Origin: Ignavibacteriota bacterium
GTDB taxonomy: Bacteria; Bacteroidota; Ignavibacteria; Palsa-1295
Direction: 5' to 3'
Length of the DNA: 64,000 nucleotides
Assembly: GCA_963736195.1 (NCBI GenBank)
Contig: CAVTNP010000004.1
Coordinates: 627,077-691,076 of the forward strand
Shown: in pieces, positions 58,046-64,000 of the stretch
How the letters are laid out: the number at the start of each line of letters is the position of its first letter
How positions within the stretch are numbered: position 1 is the first letter of the stretch
The notes under the pieces: generated by a model
The model's input: the letters and a program-made list of their open reading frames with translations, nothing else
What the model was told of the DNA's origin: nothing
Database searches by the model: none
Made by a program: the position numbers and the translations under genes

Positions 58046-59452
58046 ATGTTTACATGCTATTCTAATCAAAAAACGCACGTGAAAGAACGCATACGCATTG
58101 CATCGGGTCAGGGTTTCTGGGGCGATCTGCCCTCTGCGCCGATCGACCAAATTCGCCGCGCCTCCGCCGAATCTCCTCTAGATTATATGATGATGGATTA
58201 CCTTGCCGAGGTAACGATGTCCATCATGCAAAAGCAAAAACTGAAAGATCCGCGCGCGGGCTATGCGCGTGACCTCATTGATGTGATCGATGCCATCCTG
58301 CCGGATATTGTTGAGAAGAATATAAAGATCATCACCAATGGTGGCGGAGTAAATCCCGAGGGCTGCCGCGATGCCATCTTTGAAGTTGCTAAGCGGCGCG
58401 GCATTCCGATCAAAGTTGGGGTCGTGCTCGGCGATAATATCTTGGATGGGCTCGATCCGCTCCTCGCGCAAGGCCATAAGTTAAAGAACATGGAAACGGG
58501 TGAACCCGTCGGCGATATTCGTGACCGTCTGCTTTCTGCAAATGTCTATTTCGGCGCGTGGCCTATCGTTGAAGCTCTGCGGCAAGGCGCGCAGATCGTT
58601 GTAACAGGGCGCACCACGGATACCGGGCTTACGCTTGCGCCAATGATTCATGAATTTGGATGGAGACCCGATGATTGGAATATGCTGGCGGCAGGAACCG
58701 TTGCGGGACATATTCTCGAATGCGGTGCGCAATCATCCGGTGGGAATTTCTCTGCCGATTGGAAGTCTGTGAAAGATATGGCGCATATCGGGTTCCCAAT
58801 CGCGGAAGCTTATCCGAACGGGGATTTTATTATCACCAAACATCCCAAAACCGGAGGAAGAGTTTCCCGCCAAACCGTTGCGGAGCAATGTTTGTATGAG
58901 ATCGGCGATCCAACCAATTACATAACTCCGGATTGTGTCGCGGATTTCACGTCGATTCATCTCGACGATCTGGGCCGCGACCGTGTAAAAGTCTCAGGCA
59001 TTAAAGGCCGCGCCGCAACCGATTCCTATAAAGTTTCCATGTCTTATCGTGACGGATATTCCGCACAAGGAACACTCACCTACACCTGGCCCGACGCGAT
59101 GGAGAAAGCCCGCGCTGCCGACAAGATCCTCCGCACCCGACTCAAAGATGCAGGATGTACCTTCGAAGAAATGCGAACGGAATTTCTCGGTGTCAACTCC
59201 TGCCACGGTCCGCTCACACCTGTCGATCTCGATGAAGTGCAGGAAGTGGTTATCAAATGGGGTGTACGCGGGCAAGATAAAGCTTCCATCGAACGATTTG
59301 GGAAAGAGCTGGCGCCGCTTATTCTCACAGGTCCACCAAGCGTCACCGGCTTCGCGGGCGGAAGGCCGAAGCCAAGCGAAGTTGTTGCCTATTGGCCGGC
59401 GCTGCTGGATAAGAAGGCGGTGACACCGAGAGTCATTGTATCAGAACCATGA
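58046..59452 (+). CDS. Acyclic terpene utilization AtuA family protein (DUF1446)
   Basis: GQGFWGD, DYLAEVTM, SANVYFGA, AGHILECGAQSSGGNF, YITPD. Confidence 0.9.
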   Translation: MFTCYSNQKTHVKERIRIASGQGFWGDLPSAPIDQIRRASAESPLDYMMMDYLAEVTMSIMQKQKLKDPRAGYARDLIDVIDAILPDIVEKNIKIITNGGGVNPEGCRDAIFEVAKRRGIPIKVGVVLGDNILDGLDPLLAQGHKLKNMETGEPVGDIRDRLLSANVYFGAWPIVEALRQGAQIVVTGRTTDTGLTLAPMIHEFGWRPDDWNMLAAGTVAGHILECGAQSSGGNFSADWKSVKDMAHIGFPIAEAYPNGDFIITKHPKTGGRVSRQTVAEQCLYEIGDPTNYITPDCVADFTSIHLDDLGRDRVKVSGIKGRAATDSYKVSMSYRDGYSAQGTLTYTWPDAMEKARAADKILRTRLKDAGCTFEEMRTEFLGVNSCHGPLTPVDLDEVQEVVIKWGVRGQDKASIERFGKELAPLILTGPPSVTGFAGGRPKPSEVVAYWPALLDKKAVTPRVIVSEP

Positions 59453-59653
59453 TTACGCGGATTAAAGGGGATTACGCGGACGATTAATGGATTCCGCTCA
59501 CTTAAATATATTGTCGATCTAAAGAGCTAATCTGAACGGATATTCGAAATTAGAGCAACGTCTGCACTTATTCAGGGTGCTGAGAACTTTTTCAACTTCA
59601 CATCCTAACAATCGTCAGCGTAATCCCCTTTAATCCGCGAAATCCAGGTTCAA
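59444..59653. repeat. MITE-like unit with inverted nonamer-repeat arms (same family as 39174-39420)
   Basis: GAACCATGATTACGCGGATTAAAGGGGATTACGCGGACGATT versus AATCGTCAGCGTAATCCCCTTTAATCCGCGAAATCCAGGTTC. Confidence 0.75.
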
Positions 59654-59654
59654 A

Positions 59655-60602
59655 ATGACCGATATCGGCAAAGACATCGCAAAAGCTCGCGCCCTTTTGG
59701 AGCATGGCCTGCTCGTTGCGGTTCCAACCGAAACCGTCTATGGCCTTGCAGCAAATGCGTTGAATGAAGAAGCCGTCCTGCATATCTTCGAAGTTAAACA
59801 GCGGCCAAAATTCGACCCGCTCATTGTGCATGGCGCAAACAGAGAACAGCTTTCGGAGTATGTAACTTCATTCCCAGATTGGGCTGCGTCCCTTGCGGAT
59901 GCATTTTGGCCGGGACCGCTGACACTGGTGCTCCCAAAACGGGTCATCATTCCCGACATTGTTACATCAGGACTCGAAACCGTTGCCGTGCGCGTTCCGA
60001 ATAGCCCACTCACGCAGGAACTTCTTGCACAGCTCGATTTCCCGCTTGCAGCACCGAGCGCAAATCCGTTCGGATATGTCAGCCCGACTTCCGCGCAGCA
60101 TGTGATGGACCAGCTTGGCGGGAAGATTCCCTACATTCTCGATGGCGGTCAATGCTCCGTCGGACTTGAATCAACTATTGTCGCCGAAGAGAATGGAAAG
60201 CTTCACATTCTTCGATTGGGAGGGATCTCTGTTGAAGAAATAGAGAGTGTGGTTGGGAAGGTTATCGTTGGCACCGCATCGCCGGAAGTGGTGCATAGCC
60301 CCGGCAGCATGAAAAGCCATTACGCAACGCGAACGCCGCTAAAACTTGGGTCAATTGACCTCACAGATTGCGATCTAAATACAACAGGTATTCTTAGCTT
60401 CCGAAACCGATATGAACAAATTCCACAAAATCACCAAGTGGTGCTTTCCCCAACCGGCAACCTGCATGAGGCCAGCAAAAACCTGTTTGCCGCCATGCGC
60501 TACCTCGATTCGCTGAAGCTCAGGATCATTCTCGCCGAAGAATTTTTCGAAACGGGATTGGGGCGGGCGATTAATGATCGGTTGCGGCGGGCGGCGGAGT
60601 AG
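59655..60602 (+). CDS. tsaC: L-threonylcarbamoyladenylate synthase (Sua5-type)
   Basis: PTETVYGLAAN, KQRP..DPLIVH, FWPGPLT, AAPSAN, ESTI; C-terminal SUA5 domain GLGRAINDRL. Confidence 0.95.
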   Translation: MTDIGKDIAKARALLEHGLLVAVPTETVYGLAANALNEEAVLHIFEVKQRPKFDPLIVHGANREQLSEYVTSFPDWAASLADAFWPGPLTLVLPKRVIIPDIVTSGLETVAVRVPNSPLTQELLAQLDFPLAAPSANPFGYVSPTSAQHVMDQLGGKIPYILDGGQCSVGLESTIVAEENGKLHILRLGGISVEEIESVVGKVIVGTASPEVVHSPGSMKSHYATRTPLKLGSIDLTDCDLNTTGILSFRNRYEQIPQNHQVVLSPTGNLHEASKNLFAAMRYLDSLKLRIILAEEFFETGLGRAINDRLRRAAE

Positions 60603-60647
60603 CGGGCACTCTTTGGGTGGTATTCTCGTATCATTCGAAGGGGTATT

Positions 60648-61490
60648 ATGAAAGTCATTCTTGCAATTGCATTCTTACTTCTTCTTCAAACCGCTTCGGC
60701 GGATGCGCAACCGTTAACGGATTCGGTCATTATCAACAACTTCGTTTTCGATAGCAGCGGTTCGCCCTGGCTTGGCGATTGGGTATATTCAGCGGGGAAA
60801 ATCGATACTGCAACCGTATTCTTTCCTTCTGCTCCGCCTGGTTCGTCTGCTAAATGGTCGATATGCTTTTCGAGTGGCGTAGGAGAGGTTATTCGAACGT
60901 TCACACATTTATCGAGCGGCATCTATCAACTGAGCTGTTGGGCGAAGTCATTTGAAGATGGCAACGGAACTGCTTGGTTCATTCAGGATGATAGTACAAT
61001 AATGTCTAAAGTATTAGGCACTCTCAAGGATAGCGTCCCTAGGATAGTTGACACCAATTGGATACAATACTTTCTTACCGATACGTTATCTCTCACTTCG
61101 TCGGATACGTTTCAAGTCGTACTGTTGGGGGAATGGGGCTCAATATCAATAGGACCTTCTGGGACTCTCATCAACAACATTACTTTCGACAAGCTCATAC
61201 CGTCGAGCGGCATCTCCGTATTGCCGGGATCAACACATTCATTAGCCATCTATCCCAACCCCGTTTCGGATGCGGCAACGATCAGCTTTTCATCGGAAGC
61301 CGCAACGCCCGCGAATGTGAGCATCTATAATCTTTTGGGCAGCGAGGTTGCGAAGCTATACGATGGCACGTTGGATGCTGGTAATCATTCCTTCACGTGG
61401 GATGCAGGCGGCGCTGCGTCCGGTGCGTATATATGCATTGTGAGAATGAACGGGCAGGTGTTGCGTGTGCCGGTTGTGGTGGCAAAGTAG
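60648..61490 (+). CDS. Secreted protein with T9SS C-terminal domain
   Basis: Signal peptide; IYPNP..IYNLLG..SGAY..VVVAK. Confidence 0.85.
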   Translation: MKVILAIAFLLLLQTASADAQPLTDSVIINNFVFDSSGSPWLGDWVYSAGKIDTATVFFPSAPPGSSAKWSICFSSGVGEVIRTFTHLSSGIYQLSCWAKSFEDGNGTAWFIQDDSTIMSKVLGTLKDSVPRIVDTNWIQYFLTDTLSLTSSDTFQVVLLGEWGSISIGPSGTLINNITFDKLIPSSGISVLPGSTHSLAIYPNPVSDAATISFSSEAATPANVSIYNLLGSEVAKLYDGTLDAGNHSFTWDAGGAASGAYICIVRMNGQVLRVPVVVAK

Positions 61491-61493
61491 GCG

Positions 61494-61868
61494 TTAAATT
61501 CCAGCTCGATTCAAACGGCCTTCGTGACCATCGAGCTTATCGTCCATTTTATCGATGAGTCTCAGAATATCCCCTTGCATGGAAACTATAATATTATTCT
61601 GATGCACTAATTCACAATTGGACCGCACTAATTCGGCCAAAATCTCCTCATTTTGGCCTACACGATACTCGTTCTGCTGAAACCGGCGATCCGTCCGGTC
61701 TCGATATTCGATAAGTGCTTCCTCGATAAGACGCATGCGTTCCTCATGCTCGCGTTTCATCTCTCGCGTTTCGGTCCGCTGTTCATCGAGCCAGCGGTAA
61801 AACATAGCCATATAGTCCTCGAAACGGTTTTCGAGATTTCCTAAGCGCTGTTCGAAATCGTCTGCCAT
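61494..61868 (-). CDS. Hypothetical coiled-coil protein
   Basis: 124-aa ORF with heptad pattern. Confidence 0.6.
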   Translation of the reverse strand: MADDFEQRLGNLENRFEDYMAMFYRWLDEQRTETREMKREHEERMRLIEEALIEYRDRTDRRFQQNEYRVGQNEEILAELVRSNCELVHQNNIIVSMQGDILRLIDKMDDKLDGHEGRLNRAGI

Positions 61869-62027
61869 ATGAATGTAAAACTAATAGTAGCGAATTAGTT
61901 CGCTCTCGCTCAATCAGGGGCTTTGCGGGAGAGTTGTGAAATGATCGAAGACGTGAAGTAATGTGCTCGCTTGGGACATACGACGGGCTTTGCAGCACGC
62001 ACACAAACTAAAGTTTGCGCTACACTC

Positions 62028-62219
62028 TTACTTCACGTCTTCGACCTTCACCAAATGCTGGACCGTGCGGATCATGCCGCGGATGGCAGGTGTATCGTTG
62101 TGGATGGCAACGTAATTCGGGCGTCCGAGTCCGAGCGCCTTGATGGTGCGCTTGTGAACCTGGAGCGTGTCGTTCGTCGAACGTGTCTGTTTTACGAGAA
62201 TTTTCTTTGCTGCTGCCAT
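62028..62219 (-). CDS. rpmD: 50S ribosomal protein L30
   Basis: KILVKQTRS...TIKALGL...DTPAIRGMIRTVQHLV. Confidence 0.95.
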   Translation of the reverse strand: MAAAKKILVKQTRSTNDTLQVHKRTIKALGLGRPNYVAIHNDTPAIRGMIRTVQHLVKVEDVK

Positions 62220-62273
62220 AATTAACCACCCCCTCGCCCCCGCCTTGAAAAGTCGGGGGGACATAGGATTACT

Positions 62274-62777
62274 TTATCCGTTAAAAACTTTTGTGAGCGA
62301 AACACCGCGGCGCTCGGATACCATTGAGGCATCGTTCAGGCTTTCGAGCGCTGCCATTGTTGCCTTGACAAGATTGTGCGGATTCGATGAACCTTGCGAT
62401 TTCGTCAGAATATCCTGCACACCTGCGAGTTCCAGCACGGCACGAACGCCGCCGCCGGCGATCAGTCCGGTTCCAGGAGAAGCGGGCTTCAAAAATACTC
62501 TGCCAGCGCCAAACTTACCTTCGATCGCGTGAGGAATTGTTCCTCTGCGAAGCGGTACAGAATGCACGTTACGCTTTGCATCTTCCGTCGCTTTAGTTAC
62601 CGCGTCGGCCACTTCATTGGATTTGCCGAGGCCAATACCAACATGTCCACCGCCATCGCCAACAGCGACGATCGCATTAAAGCTGAAACGGCGTCCGCCC
62701 TTCACCACCTTCGCAACGCGATTGACGGCGACGAGCTTGTCCTTAAGATTTAGTTCGGCTGATCGAATTTTTGCCAC
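62274..62777 (-). CDS. rpsE: 30S ribosomal protein S5
   Basis: [28 protein letters not shown]. Confidence 0.98.
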   Translation of the reverse strand: MAKIRSAELNLKDKLVAVNRVAKVVKGGRRFSFNAIVAVGDGGGHVGIGLGKSNEVADAVTKATEDAKRNVHSVPLRRGTIPHAIEGKFGAGRVFLKPASPGTGLIAGGGVRAVLELAGVQDILTKSQGSSNPHNLVKATMAALESLNDASMVSERRGVSLTKVFNG

Positions 62778-62794
62778 GTATGTTTTCTATAAAA

Positions 62795-63151
62795 TCAGAA
62801 TGCCAGGCCGCCTTCGCGCGCGCCTTCTGCCAGCGCTTTCACCCGGCCATGATACAAATATCCATTACGATCGAACACGACCGATTTAATTCCCTTTTCC
62901 GTTGCAATGCCCGCCAACGCAGCGCCCGTTTGCTTCGCAACCTCGGACTTCTTGCCGCTTAGTCCTTTACTGCTCGCCGCGGCGAGCGTAAAGCCTTGCA
63001 TATCATCAATCAACTGCGCATATACTCCTGTATTGCTGCGAAAGATGACCAGACGCGGCCGCGCGCTTGTGCCCTGGACCGTCTTGCGAATCTTAAACCT
63101 GCGGCGTTCGCGCCGGTGCTCTCTATCCTTTAATTTCAGTTTTGATGCCAT
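62795..63151 (-). CDS. rplR: 50S ribosomal protein L18
   Basis: RPRLVIFRS, VVFDRNGYLYHGRVKALAEGAREGGL. Confidence 0.98.
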   Translation of the reverse strand: MASKLKLKDREHRRERRRFKIRKTVQGTSARPRLVIFRSNTGVYAQLIDDMQGFTLAAASSKGLSGKKSEVAKQTGAALAGIATEKGIKSVVFDRNGYLYHGRVKALAEGAREGGLAF

Positions 63152-63154
63152 AAA

Positions 63155-63694
63155 CTATTTTCCTGCTGTCTTACCGGCTTTGCGGCGGATCGTTTCGTCA
63201 GAGTATTTCACGCCCTTGCCCTTGTACGGTTCCGGAGGACGGATCGAGCGAATCTTTGCCGCTACCGCACCGACAAGTTGCTTGTCGATACCGTTGATCG
63301 TTACTTGTGTAGGAAGTGGAACATCAATGGTGATCTCCGGCGGCGGAACAAAGGCTATAGGATGGGAATATCCCAAAGCGAACTGTACCCATTTACCTTT
63401 TTTCTCGGCTTTGAATCCAACGCCGACAAGTTCAAGCTTTTTCTGATAGCCGTTGGTGACGCCTTCGACCATATTGTTCGCGAGCGCGCGCGAAAGGCCG
63501 TGTAATGCACGAACGCGTGCTTCATCACTCGATCGCGAGAACGAAAGCTCCTCGCCTTCGATCTTAACACCGATCTCTGACGGTATCTGCTGCGCAAGCT
63601 GACCTTTCGGTCCCTTGACCGTGAGCGCGCCATCCTTGGCCGTGATCGTCACGCCCTTTGGAATCGCAATAACTTTTCTTCCTATTCTCGACAT
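63155..63694 (-). CDS. rplF: 50S ribosomal protein L6
   Basis: MSRIG, RPPEPYKGKG. Confidence 0.98.
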   Translation of the reverse strand: MSRIGRKVIAIPKGVTITAKDGALTVKGPKGQLAQQIPSEIGVKIEGEELSFSRSSDEARVRALHGLSRALANNMVEGVTNGYQKKLELVGVGFKAEKKGKWVQFALGYSHPIAFVPPPEITIDVPLPTQVTINGIDKQLVGAVAAKIRSIRPPEPYKGKGVKYSDETIRRKAGKTAGK

Positions 63695-63704
63695 ATCGTT
63701 CCTT

Positions 63705-63811
63705 GACTGGGATTTATTAGATTCTTAAGGGATTCATGGGATGTGCAATCCCAAAACAAATCCCTAAACCCCTATCCCAAAAATCATTTCAAAATCTTAT
63801 GAATCTCAGTC
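63705..63811. repeat. Inverted nonamer-repeat element between rpsH and rplF
   Basis: GACTGGGATT...GGGATT arms versus AATCCC...AATCTCAGTC. Confidence 0.6.
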
Positions 63812-63821
63812 TAAAAATGAG

Positions 63822-64000
63822 TTACCAGATGTAGCACAAAACTTCGCCGCCGACGTTCGCCTGGCGGGCTTGTTTATCGGTCATGAGTCCTTTCGGTGTG
63901 GAAAGGATAGCAATTCCGAGCCCGGAGAGCACACGCGGTGTCTGGCTGGCAGAGGTATATCTGCGAAGCCCAGGCGTAGAAATGCGCTTTAACCCCATGA
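63822..64000 (-). CDS. rpsH: 30S ribosomal protein S8 (C-terminal part; truncated by window edge)
   Basis: Minus-strand translation [11 protein letters not shown]...[33 protein letters not shown]. Confidence 0.96.
   Translation of the reverse strand, partial: MGLKRISTPGLRRYTSASQTPRVLSGLGIAILSTPKGLMTDKQARQANVGGEVLCYIW

Overview
A 64-kb chromosomal segment of an FCB-superphylum bacterium, probably Bacteroidota/Ignavibacteria/Kapabacteria-like. This is inferred from five proteins with T9SS-type C-terminal sorting domains and an exbB-exbD-exbD-tonB-pstS-TPR operon. The housekeeping backbone is recG (partial), rnr, rlmB, ychF, tRNA-Gly(CCC), zapA, pheT, pheS, pip, tsaC/sua5 and the end of the spc operon (rpsH partial, rplF, rplR, rpsE, rpmD). 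It is interspersed with secreted proteins and lipoproteins, an IS200/RAYT-type Y1 transposase, and several families of palindromic, heptamer and nonamer repeats. Most notable unexplained signals: (1) a ~612-nt stretch with no credible ORF (32329-32940) that folds by eye into a large multi-domain RNA with paired ends, GNRA loops, G-U wobbles and a possible pseudoknot; (2) three homologous non-coding units with a near-consensus sigma70 promoter and an rrn boxA-like motif, two of which point at no gene; (3) an accessory locus where two copies of the same orphan gene 3' end each precede a cargo gene, one of them a class III nucleotide-cyclase-like protein; (4) a homopolymer frameshift in exbB, a palindromic repeat embedded in-frame in rlmB, and rpmD not followed by rplO-secY. 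All calls come from reading the sequence and the supplied ORF track; no searches or folding programs were run.
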